32,000 nt of DNA from Candidatus Saganbacteria bacterium (lineage in GTDB: Bacteria; Margulisbacteria; WOR-1; JAKLHX01). The stretch is taken from positions 266,379 through 298,378 of the forward strand of contig JAPLKZ010000010.1 of the NCBI GenBank assembly GCA_026387835.1. The letters are read 5' to 3'. How positions within the stretch are numbered: the stretch's first letter is position 1; the number at the start of each line of letters is the position of its first letter. This document shows, piece by piece, positions 1 through 7,784 of this stretch. The position numbers were made by a program, and so were the translations under genes. The notes under the pieces are model-generated. The model ran no database searches, was not told where the DNA came from, and saw only the letters and a program-made list of their open reading frames with translations.

Positions 1-816
1 ATTTGCGGCCATCTGGACCTTTGTCTTTCCGGAGATCTGCGCATCGTTAGGCGGAACTGAAGACCCCGCGGTGCCGATTAAAAACGTCTTGATCTGGTCG
101 GCTGTGGCACCCGAAATGAGAGGGAGCGTGTTGAACAAAACAACAGACCCGTTGCTTTTATATCCCCACTGCTTTTCGGGGGTCCCGTTCGGATCATCGG
201 ACCATGAAAACCATCTCATTGTCGAGAGTCTGGGATCAAGCACTGTTCCCGTGGCCGCCCCTGCCGTTCCCGTAAGAACATCATTGTCGGCATAAGCATA
301 TACCGTCCACTGGTAATTGGCCAGATCCCAGTAAGGGGCCTGTATCGTCAATCCTGTCTCGTAGAACATATTGACATCTGTTCCTGTAAGATAAGTCGAC
401 GGTTTTGACGCTTCAGGGGATCCCGCGCCATCAGCCGGGTTTATGGCATCGCCCTTTACCCAGACCGAGGGGAACGGCGATGAAGCGGTCAGCGGAAATA
501 ATTTGTATGTTCCCGCATGATTAAGTATCGCCGAGGTCTTTCCCACTATACTTGTTTTTACCACCGATGTCGTACCGTTCAGGGTATTACCAAAAACTGT
601 ATTGGCTTGGTCCGCAAGCTGAAGATTGGAAATTGTAAGGTTGAACATAGCCGGCGCAACGGCAAAAGCCTGGAAACTCCACGCGCCGTTCGTGTATCCT
701 TCGGTCAACGCGGGGTAGTCTACCGGGATCCCTCCTGATCCCGCCGCCATGGCGGGAACAATGAATACCGCTGACATGACCGCCGCGCACACTATCGAAC
801 AAAACACTTTCTTCAT
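1..816 (-). CDS. Secreted protein of unknown function; the N-terminal 272 codons are present and the gene continues past the window start
   Basis: Absent from the supplied ORF track because no stop codon lies inside the window. Manual translation of the minus strand from ATG 816-814 stays open through base 1. AAGGAGG Shine-Dalgarno at 824-830, 7 nt upstream of the ATG. The N-terminus MKKVFCSIVCAAVMSAVFIVPAMAAG looks like a cleavable signal peptide. The mature part is Gly/Thr/Ala/Asn-rich and matches no family I recognise. Confidence 0.8.
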   Translation of the reverse strand, partial: MKKVFCSIVCAAVMSAVFIVPAMAAGSGGIPVDYPALTEGYTNGAWSFQAFAVAPAMFNLTISNLQLADQANTVFGNTLNGTTSVVKTSIVGKTSAILNHAGTYKLFPLTASSPFPSVWVKGDAINPADGAGSPEASKPSTYLTGTDVNMFYETGLTIQAPYWDLANYQWTVYAYADNDVLTGTAGAATGTVLDPRLSTMRWFSWSDDPNGTPEKQWGYKSNGSVVLFNTLPLISGATADQIKTFLIGTAGSSVPPNDAQISGKTKVQMAAN

Positions 817-913
817 AATTTTTCCTCCTTTCTTAATAGAAGTGATCAAAGACATCGCACACATTAAAAATCACCTGCCTTTCCTTGCAGAATAGTCTTG
901 TTTTCCCTTCAAT

Positions 914-946
914 AATATATCGTCAAATATTATTGTGAATTTCACT
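914..946 (-). promoter_or_regulatory. Alternative-sigma-type promoter candidate (AGTGAAAT-N16-CGATATATT) for the secreted-protein gene
   Basis: Minus strand reads AGTGAAAT (946-939), 16 nt, CGATATATT (922-914). It is one of six sites with the same motif and spacing. It lies about 100 nt upstream of ATG 816. Confidence 0.5.
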
Positions 947-978
947 CTTTTTTGTGTTACACAACAATTTCATAAATA

Positions 979-1006
979 TTGCAATCGATGATTAAAATGT
1001 TATAAT
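979..1006 (+). promoter_or_regulatory. Sigma-70-type promoter candidate for the small ORF / two-component operon
   Basis: TTGCAA (979-984), 16-nt spacer ending in TGT (extended -10), TATAAT (1001-1006). The GAGGTGG Shine-Dalgarno and ATG 1035 follow downstream. Confidence 0.5.
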
Positions 1007-1034
1007 ATCCTTATTATATTCCGAGGTGGAACGT

Positions 1035-1298
1035 ATGAACGATGCACATAACACAAATGAAGATCCGAACACAAAACTGGTGGAAAGCATAAAAAAATTC
1101 GCCGCTTCATACCGGGTTTTGACGCCCCAGGGAAAGACCGCCTTCCAGAACCAGATAAACATCCAGATGAAAACGATGGACGAGCGCACAAGAAAACTTT
1201 ATCAGGCTCTTATCGATTCCACAAAGAACGACCTGAACGTGGATAAGACCGTACAAGAGATGGAGAGGGCCGATAAAAGGTATAAGTCCGGCATGTAG
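1035..1298 (+). CDS. Small hypothetical protein (87 aa), predicted helical, no signal peptide
   Basis: The ORF track gives a GTG start at 1026. I prefer ATG 1035 because GAGGTGG (1023-1029) sits at proper Shine-Dalgarno distance from it. No family recognised. It is the first gene of an apparent operon with the response regulator and kinase. Confidence 0.5.
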   Translation: MNDAHNTNEDPNTKLVESIKKFAASYRVLTPQGKTAFQNQINIQMKTMDERTRKLYQALIDSTKNDLNVDKTVQEMERADKRYKSGM

Positions 1299-1327
1299 AT
1301 CCTTTCTTCCCGGAGCGACCAGCAAAA

Positions 1328-1696
1328 TTGAAAAACATTCTTATCGTTGAGGACGTAGAAGACCACTTAGAGATAGTAAAGATCATTCTCGAGCAGTACA
1401 ACTATAACATCCTTACTGCCGCAAACGGCAGATCGGGGCTTGAAACGGTCCAAAAAAAACTTCCCGACCTTATTATCCTGGACGTGATGCTGCCCGAAAT
1501 GAACGGATATGAGGTCTGCAAGGCTATCAGGGCGGACCAGCACACAAGGGTTATCCCTGTGATAATGCTGTCCGTCAAGTCAAATCCCGAAGACATCGAG
1601 GCGGGCTACAAGGCCGGGGCCAACGAATATATCACCAAACCTTTCAATCTTGAAGAACTCGTTAAAAAAGTAAAAAAACATCTAGGGGAGGAATAA
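1328..1696 (+). CDS. Single-domain CheY-like response regulator (receiver domain only, no output domain)
   Basis: Receiver-domain hallmarks: IVEDVED acidic pocket, phospho-acceptor context LIILDVMLPEMNG, and conserved ITKPF lysine. 122 aa, TTG start. Confidence 0.85.
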   Translation: MKNILIVEDVEDHLEIVKIILEQYNYNILTAANGRSGLETVQKKLPDLIILDVMLPEMNGYEVCKAIRADQHTRVIPVIMLSVKSNPEDIEAGYKAGANEYITKPFNLEELVKKVKKHLGEE

Positions 1697-1702
1697 TTAC
1701 AA

Positions 1703-2758
1703 ATGATCAAAGAAGGTAAAAACTGCCTGCTTGTCCAAACTACCGGGATAAAGCCTTTCAAGAGATGCACGTACTGCGAACGCAGGGTGACAGATTGTTT
1801 TGGTATACAGTTTTTTATCGTCGCTTTCGGCATAATAGGGTTGTTGCTCGTAATGTTCACTATTAGGGACCTACCTATACTGGCCATCGACATCACCGTA
1901 TTGATATTGATGATGCTTATCCTGCTGGGTATAATCGCCAGCCGCGAGACGAACGAGATCGTAGTCAATAACTTCCTCCTCAAGGAATTAAACGAAGAGC
2001 TTGAGGCCAGGGTCGCTCAAAGGACTAAAGAGCTCCGGTTCCTGAACCTTGACCTGAAAAAAGCCCTTCGCATAAAGTCCGAATTCCTTAGGAATATAAA
2101 CCACGAGATCAGGACACCTCTTACGGCAATGCTCGGTTACTGCGATATAATAGAACGAAAGCAGCTCGGAGAATTGAACGAAAGGCAGATAAAAGCGGTC
2201 GACGCTTTAAAAAGGAACGGCCAGGACCTTTTGGGCCTTATCAATCAGCTTCTGGACCTTTCAAAACTGGAGGACAACAAGCTGGGGTTAAATGAAGAAT
2301 GGTTCAACATTGCAAAGGTTATCAGCGATGTCACGGTCAATATCGAACCCCTTGCGTCCAAAAAAGACATAAATATTTCCACCAAGATAGATGAAAACGT
2401 TATAACAGTGTTTGGCGACCCCGACCGGATAAAACAGATACTGTTAAATCTGCTTTCGAACAGTATTAAGTTCACCGACAATGGCGGGAAAGTGACCGTT
2501 GAAACAAAAGATGACAAAGACGAGGTCATTGTATCGGTAAGCGATACCGGCGTCGGCATCAAGAGTGGTGACCTGCAAAGTATTTTTGAGCCCTTTTCCC
2601 AGGTCGACGGGTCGCAGACAAGAAAATACGGTGGCGCAGGGATAGGCCTTTCCATCGTGAAAAGCCTTGTTGAAGCGCATGGCGGAAGCGTTACCGTCGA
2701 AAGCGAGTTTGGAAAAGGCAGCGTCTTTTCGTTCACGATCCCAAAAAGAACGGTGTAA
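1703..2758 (+). CDS. Membrane-anchored sensor histidine kinase (HisKA + HATPase_c)
   Basis: H-box [17 protein letters not shown]-box [10 protein letters not shown]1 DTGVGI, G2 [10 protein letters not shown]. Two adjacent N-terminal TM helices with essentially no external loop. GGGGAGGA Shine-Dalgarno upstream. Confidence 0.9.
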   Translation: MIKEGKNCLLVQTTGIKPFKRCTYCERRVTDCFGIQFFIVAFGIIGLLLVMFTIRDLPILAIDITVLILMMLILLGIIASRETNEIVVNNFLLKELNEELEARVAQRTKELRFLNLDLKKALRIKSEFLRNINHEIRTPLTAMLGYCDIIERKQLGELNERQIKAVDALKRNGQDLLGLINQLLDLSKLEDNKLGLNEEWFNIAKVISDVTVNIEPLASKKDINISTKIDENVITVFGDPDRIKQILLNLLSNSIKFTDNGGKVTVETKDDKDEVIVSVSDTGVGIKSGDLQSIFEPFSQVDGSQTRKYGGAGIGLSIVKSLVEAHGGSVTVESEFGKGSVFSFTIPKRTV

Positions 2759-2762
2759 ATAG

Positions 2763-3971
2763 TTGAGACCCAAGTATTTTTGGATCCTTTTTATATATAT
2801 CTTCCTTATAGCTGTCAGCCTTTCCGGCGTATTTATATGCAATTTTAGTAAGGTCTCAATAACCATACTTGCCCTTGTCAGTTTCAGTTCGGTGATCGCG
2901 GCTGCTCTCCTTATCAGCTGGGGGGCCGAATGCTATCAGTTCGTGGTCTCTCAGGGATTTGCGATCGCGATTATCGCCCTCCTTCAGGTCATCCCGGAGT
3001 TCTTTGTCGAGGGTGTGATCGCGTGGGAAAAGGACGTGCCTCTTATGTTAGCCAACTTTACCGGCTCAAACCGGCTTCTCATGGGAGTGGGATGGTCCGG
3101 TATCTTTTTCATCGCTTCAGTAATGAACTTTGTTAAAAAAAAGAAATTCCTTAAGGAGATCGTGATACGCGAAGCTCACAGCATTGAGGTCGCCGCTCTT
3201 TTAATAAGCAGCTTCTATTTTTGCGTCGTGCTTACAAAAGGCACGCTGACCATAATAGATTCTATTGTGCTTCTTTCGATATTTGCCTGGTATATGAGGC
3301 TTTTGTTCAGGCTCGAGCCAGAGGAAAAAGAAAGGATCGATGACCTTATCGAACCTTGCAAGGTCATCGTAAAAATACAAAATGTTTTCGTAAAAAAGGC
3401 GGTGATACTGTTGCTGTTCGCCGTCGGGGGTGGAACATTTCTATTTATCGCGCAGCCTTTTCTTCACAGCCTGAGGGGTCTTGCCGGCGTTCTCGGCATA
3501 TCGACCTTTCTTTTTGTCCAGTGGGTCGCTCCGTTCCTTTCGGAATTCCCCGAAAAGGTAACCGCCTTTTACTGGGCGGCTCACATAAAACTGGCCCCGA
3601 TGGGTTTGGTTAACTTCATCTCATCAAAAGTGAACCAGTGGACGCTCCTGATAGCTATGGTGCCTGTGGTATATTCGGTTTCCTGCGGGAAGATAATGAC
3701 AGTCCCCCTTGATGATTACCATAAATGGCAGATTGCGCTTTCAATGGCAATGACTTTTTACGGGTGTTCTACACTGGCAAAATTCAGGTTTACTTTTATC
3801 GACGCTTGCTTTATGTTCTCGCTGTGGCTTACCCAGTTCGTTTTTCCGCGGACATTGGCACCGACAACGTTTATATTTTTAGGGCTGACAATAATAAATA
3901 TCTGTATTTACAGGAAAGAGAACAGGCTCTTTAAAAGCTTCGTAAAAACTCTAAAGAGCTTGAAGAATTAA
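2763..3971 (+). CDS. Polytopic membrane protein, probable CaCA (cation/Ca2+ exchanger)-superfamily transporter
   Basis: Two internal repeats resemble CaCA alpha-repeats: IIALLQVIPEFFVEGVIAW...FTGSNRLLMGVGW and FVQWVAPFLSEFPEKVTAFYWA...ISSKVNQWTLL. About 10-11 hydrophobic helices. The TTG start is uncertain, with no good Shine-Dalgarno. Confidence 0.55.
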   Translation: MRPKYFWILFIYIFLIAVSLSGVFICNFSKVSITILALVSFSSVIAAALLISWGAECYQFVVSQGFAIAIIALLQVIPEFFVEGVIAWEKDVPLMLANFTGSNRLLMGVGWSGIFFIASVMNFVKKKKFLKEIVIREAHSIEVAALLISSFYFCVVLTKGTLTIIDSIVLLSIFAWYMRLLFRLEPEEKERIDDLIEPCKVIVKIQNVFVKKAVILLLFAVGGGTFLFIAQPFLHSLRGLAGVLGISTFLFVQWVAPFLSEFPEKVTAFYWAAHIKLAPMGLVNFISSKVNQWTLLIAMVPVVYSVSCGKIMTVPLDDYHKWQIALSMAMTFYGCSTLAKFRFTFIDACFMFSLWLTQFVFPRTLAPTTFIFLGLTIINICIYRKENRLFKSFVKTLKSLKN

Positions 3972-3982
3972 TACGGCCCTAA

Positions 3983-5197
3983 CTATCCGTTGTTAATCAT
4001 ATAAAACAATGATCCCCACAGATTTGTCTCTTGAGAAGGAAATGCACCTGTAACATACTTTGGCGCTTTACCCCAGGACGGTCTTTCGATCGCATCTGCA
4101 CTGAAACGTGTCATATCTCTTGTGAGATATGCACCTTTACTTACGCCCACGCCACCGATCAATGCAAATGTTATCGGCGATGCATGATCATCATATCCTC
4201 TTTGTAAAGCTTCAAGTCTAAAGGCCAGCAGATATGCTATCCTTGTCAGGACCTCTTTGCATATCGGCTCATTCCCTAAAGTTTTTCCCATTACAGCGTC
4301 CACATCATGATAGTTCAAGTGATCACTGGCCGATTTTATAATTTGGCCAGTATCTGTTTTGCTGATATTCATTCCGAGCCTTTGCATTACTTGTTTGATC
4401 AATACGTTCGACCTTAGTTCCGTTTCTGTCATTGCGGGATTTACAATATTGAATATCTGGTCTTTTGTGCGTGCTGAAGCAGCCACTATCCTGATATTGG
4501 ATATCACGCCGCTGATTATCTTGTATATCGAAGGACCCTTTGCCAGTGTTTCAAAACAGACATCACCGTGCTGCCCGGTTATCCCGCAGCCGCAAGGGTC
4601 GAATGGTGCATAATACCTGAGCAATCCAAGGCCGTCGATCATTCTGTCGTGGATCAAAAAATGGCCGGGTTCAAATGCGCCGGGGACCTGCTCGATGCCT
4701 GAAGCGGTTTTCCTGTAAAGCCGTCCTCCGATACCATGCCCGATAATAAGGGCCAGTCCAAGATCGCCTGTCTTTAGATCTTTTAAAGCGCCCTGAGGAC
4801 TGAACTCAGCCCACGCCCCTGCTTCGCCGTCATTTATTAAGATTACATCGACATCTTTACCTGCTTGGGATTTAAAAGCCGTTTTTAGTTCGGCACTGTA
4901 AGGAATGTCTCTTTTTTCGATACCTCCCTGGTTTGTCAGTTTTCTGATAATGCCCGCACCGGTATCCACAGGCCCTGCGATCGAGATCGCTATCCTGTGC
5001 TGATCATCCGGTATATCTCTTAATTGAGACAAAGAAAATCCTATTAGATCCCTTTTGCCGGAAAATTTTAGCTCTATAGCCTCCGGCTTTCCTATCATTG
5101 TCGCCCTCTTGCCGGCTTCTATCTGAAACAATGCTCTCCGGAAAGTCCCTCCACCGATATCGGCAACCATCAGCCTCCTGCATGCAGATGTATTCAT
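3983..5197 (-). CDS. ROK-family (ASKHA-fold) sugar kinase-like protein, atypically long
   Basis: DIGGGTFR phosphate-1 motif, ISIAGPVD, ILINDGEAGAWAE, GHGIGGRL...PGAFEPGH ROK signature, and a Cys-rich CGCGITGQHGDVCFE zinc-motif region. AGGAGG Shine-Dalgarno upstream of ATG 5197. Confidence 0.7.
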   Translation of the reverse strand: MNTSACRRLMVADIGGGTFRRALFQIEAGKRATMIGKPEAIELKFSGKRDLIGFSLSQLRDIPDDQHRIAISIAGPVDTGAGIIRKLTNQGGIEKRDIPYSAELKTAFKSQAGKDVDVILINDGEAGAWAEFSPQGALKDLKTGDLGLALIIGHGIGGRLYRKTASGIEQVPGAFEPGHFLIHDRMIDGLGLLRYYAPFDPCGCGITGQHGDVCFETLAKGPSIYKIISGVISNIRIVAASARTKDQIFNIVNPAMTETELRSNVLIKQVMQRLGMNISKTDTGQIIKSASDHLNYHDVDAVMGKTLGNEPICKEVLTRIAYLLAFRLEALQRGYDDHASPITFALIGGVGVSKGAYLTRDMTRFSADAIERPSWGKAPKYVTGAFPSQETNLWGSLFYMINNG

Positions 5198-5260
5198 GAA
5201 CTAATTACCTCCTGATATTATTTTAATTGTCTTTACAGGTCGTGAAATTTGGCCTCAAAT

Positions 5261-5292
5261 CTATTTCGTGTATATTTTAATGAAATTTCAGT
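5261..5292 (-). promoter_or_regulatory. Alternative-sigma-type promoter candidate (ACTGAAAT-N16-CGAAATAG) for the ROK kinase gene
   Basis: Minus strand reads ACTGAAAT (5292-5285), 16 nt, CGAAATAG (5268-5261). It shares an identical 16-mer, AAATTCACTGAAATTT, with the FGGY kinase promoter region. Confidence 0.45.
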
Positions 5293-5333
5293 GAATTTTT
5301 GAAAATAAGGAAAGACAAGGCGCATGGTCGAAG

Positions 5334-6218
5334 TTAAGGTGCGGTAAATCTCTCGGCAATCCTCTCGAGGTCTTCTTTGGAAAAATAATCTACCTCGATC
5401 TTTCCTTTGTTCTCGTCCCCGCGAAGGCTTATTTTTGTGCCGAGGCTTTCGGTCATTTTTTCGACGACATCCGCAAGGAACGGGTTCAAGGCTGATCTTT
5501 TTGAGGTTTTTGTTTTTCCTTTTGATCTTTCCTTCTTGACGCCAAGTATCGCTTCGACATCCCTGACGGAAAGGTTCGCTTTTAATATCTGCTCCCACGC
5601 TTTGATCTGTTTTTCGCGTCCCTGGATCGTCAAAAGAGGCCTCGCGTGGCCCGCCGTTATCTGCCCGGACGCTATGCTGTCCCTTATTTCTTTTGGCAGG
5701 TCAAGAAGTCTCATAGTGTTCGTCACGGTAGACCTGTCCCTGCTTACTTTTTTTGCGATCTGGTCATGCGTAAGCTTGAACTCCAGCGAAAGAGCTTTAT
5801 AGGCCAAAGCTTCTTCCATCGGGTTCAGGTCCTCCCTTTGTAGGTTTTCAACTATAGCTATTTCGAGAGATTGTTCGTCGGTGAAATCTTTGATGATGGC
5901 GGGGATCGTCGTGATACCGGCCTTTTTTGTGGCTCGCAGTCTTCTCTCTCCCGCCACAAGCTCGAACATGTCACCGTTTTTTCTTAAAAGTACCGGGGAT
6001 GTCACGCCCTGCTCCTTGATGGAGGAAGCAAGCTCGTTCAATTTTGCATGGTCAAAAGACTTCCTGGGCTGCCGCGGATTAGGGATTATTTTTGATATGT
6101 CTACCTGAAGGACCGCGCGTCCCGATGTGAACGGGAGGGCCGCTTTTTCGGTCTCTCCGCCTGAAGGGATGAGTGCGCTTAGGCCCCTGCCAAGGCCGCG
6201 CTTTGCGTTTGTTGACAT
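5334..6218 (-). CDS. parB: Chromosome partitioning protein ParB/Spo0J
   Basis: N-terminal KRGLGRGLSALIP, the ParB box LVAGERRLRA, and an HTH region. Lies directly downstream of parA. Confidence 0.93.
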   Translation of the reverse strand: MSTNAKRGLGRGLSALIPSGGETEKAALPFTSGRAVLQVDISKIIPNPRQPRKSFDHAKLNELASSIKEQGVTSPVLLRKNGDMFELVAGERRLRATKKAGITTIPAIIKDFTDEQSLEIAIVENLQREDLNPMEEALAYKALSLEFKLTHDQIAKKVSRDRSTVTNTMRLLDLPKEIRDSIASGQITAGHARPLLTIQGREKQIKAWEQILKANLSVRDVEAILGVKKERSKGKTKTSKRSALNPFLADVVEKMTESLGTKISLRGDENKGKIEVDYFSKEDLERIAERFTAP

Positions 6219-7057
6219 TGCTGACCGCTTATCCTTTCTCTGCCCGGTATATCGTTTATTTCTTCATCCGGAACTTGCTCTTTTCCGAAAAGAGCTTTTT
6301 CTCTTTCAAGAAGTTCTTTCGTGAAATGCTCGTAAGCGACCGCGCCCGTCGAAGTCGGGTCATAGAACAATATCGGCATCCCGTGCGACGGCGCTTCGCT
6401 CAAACGGACATTCCTCGGGATAGGGGTATCAAAGACAAGGTCCGGAAAATGGTCTTTGACCTCTTCTCTCACTTCATTGTTCAGTATCAGCCTAGAGTCG
6501 TACATTGTCAGGACTATACCGCCTATTTTAAGCCCCGGATGGAGATTAACCCTTATCAGCTCTATAGTCTTTAATAGCTGCGACAGGCCTTCGAGCGCAA
6601 GATATTCGCATTGTATGGGGATTATCACTTCGTCAGTCGCGGCCAGGGCATTTACCGTCAAGAGTGAAAGGGAGGGTGGAGTGTCTATTATGATGTAATC
6701 GAATTTGTCACTGACATCTTTAAGCGCTTCCTTCAATTTAAACTCGCGGGCCATCATTCCTACAAGTTCTATCTCTGCTCCCGCGAGGTCTGTGGTCGCC
6801 GGTATGACGGACAGATTGTTCGTTTTTGTCTCTTTGATAGCTTTTTCGGCCTCGAGTCCGTCCGTCAGGATATCATAGATCGAAAAATCTACCGCATCCC
6901 TTGCCAGCCCGACAGCTGACGTCGCGTTACCCTGGGGATCCATGTCTATAAGAAGGACCTTCTTGCCGGAAACCGACAAAAACGCACAAAGGTTGATAGC
7001 GGTCGTGGTCTTTCCCACTCCGCCTTTTTGGTTGCATATGGATATTATTTTCCCCAT
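6179..7057 (-). CDS. parA: Chromosome partitioning ATPase ParA/Soj
   Basis: Deviant Walker A NQKGGVGKTTTAINL; IIIDTPPSL. The C-terminal tail of about 35 aa overlaps the parB start by 40 nt. Confidence 0.93.
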   Translation of the reverse strand: MGKIISICNQKGGVGKTTTAINLCAFLSVSGKKVLLIDMDPQGNATSAVGLARDAVDFSIYDILTDGLEAEKAIKETKTNNLSVIPATTDLAGAEIELVGMMAREFKLKEALKDVSDKFDYIIIDTPPSLSLLTVNALAATDEVIIPIQCEYLALEGLSQLLKTIELIRVNLHPGLKIGGIVLTMYDSRLILNNEVREEVKDHFPDLVFDTPIPRNVRLSEAPSHGMPILFYDPTSTGAVAYEHFTKELLEREKALFGKEQVPDEEINDIPGRERISGQQCQQTQSAALAGA

Positions 7058-7067
7058 TTATAGGGTT

Positions 7068-7076
7068 AGTATAACA
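7068..7076 (-). promoter_or_regulatory. Extended -10 element (TGTTATACT) 10 nt upstream of the parA ATG
   Basis: Minus strand reads TGTTATACT, AACCCTATAA, ATG(7057). There is no Shine-Dalgarno in the gap, which implies a very short or absent leader. Confidence 0.4.
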
Positions 7077-7091
7077 TAAAAAAAATTAGCA

Positions 7092-7760
7092 TTATAGAGG
7101 CCGTTTTTTGCAAATTCCTGGTTTTCTCGGGTATTTTTCGGGCGTTAGTTTCTCTTTTTTTATGACTACGATCTGATGCAGATACTTTTTACGGTTCTTT
7201 TCATCGTCCAATTCTACCTGTATCGTCCTTTCAAGCTTTCCTCCCATGATCTTCAAAGCTTTTTCCGCGTTCTTTATTTCCGTTTCGATGTCTTTCCCTT
7301 TCATCGCTATAAAGATTCCGCCCGTTTTTACAAAAGGTAGGCAGAGTTCTGATGCGATGTTCAAAGGCGCAAGGGCCCTGCATACGGCCACGTCATATTG
7401 TTCTCTTCTTTTTTTTGCATAATCTTCGGCCCGTTCCCAGATGATGTCTATATCCTTAAACCCGAGGATATCGGCAATATGAGATAGGAATCCCGTCTTC
7501 TTTTTTATACAATCGAGTAAAGTCAATTTTATGTCCGGAAAAAGCACCTTCAAGACCAGCCCCGGAAATCCCGCTCCGGTCCCGATGTCGATTACTTCCG
7601 GATGTCCTGTTGAAAAATCGAAGGCTTCTTTTAGCGTTTCGCAGTCTTTGAAATGCTTGAGGATTATATCATCTTCATCGGTTATGGAAGTTAGGTTGAA
7701 CTTTTTGTTCCAATTAATTAGCTCTTTTGAATAGATTTTAAATCGGGCTTCTTTGTCCAC
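7092..7760 (-). CDS. rsmG: 16S rRNA (guanine527-N7)-methyltransferase RsmG (GidB)
   Basis: SAM-binding DIGTGAGFPGL, the WNKKFNLTSI N-terminal motif, and canonical position upstream of parA-parB. GTG start. Confidence 0.88.
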   Translation of the reverse strand: MDKEARFKIYSKELINWNKKFNLTSITDEDDIILKHFKDCETLKEAFDFSTGHPEVIDIGTGAGFPGLVLKVLFPDIKLTLLDCIKKKTGFLSHIADILGFKDIDIIWERAEDYAKKRREQYDVAVCRALAPLNIASELCLPFVKTGGIFIAMKGKDIETEIKNAEKALKIMGGKLERTIQVELDDEKNRKKYLHQIVVIKKEKLTPEKYPRKPGICKKRPL

Positions 7761-7784
7761 GTGTTATAAGTTATCGGCTAAGAG

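Noticed and set aside
5242-5279. Plus-strand CGTGAAAT...CGTGTATAT in the ROK/parB intergenic region as a seventh member of the promoter family
   Set aside because: The spacing is 18 nt rather than 16, the -10 part is CGTGT rather than CGA[T/A]A, and it points into parB in antisense with no downstream gene.
5233-5598. 121-aa Arg/Lys-rich minus-strand ORF overlapping the parB 3' end and the ROK promoter region
   Set aside because: It is an alternative frame of parB that continues into the intergenic region. Its composition (runs of R, K and E) is typical of an out-of-frame reading, and no start signals are present.
7752-7768. parS-like sequence TTGTCCACGTGTTATA at the rsmG start
   Set aside because: Only the central CACGTG and part of the left arm match the TGTTNCACGTGAAACA consensus, and the right arm does not match. 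I found no convincing parS elsewhere in the window by eye.
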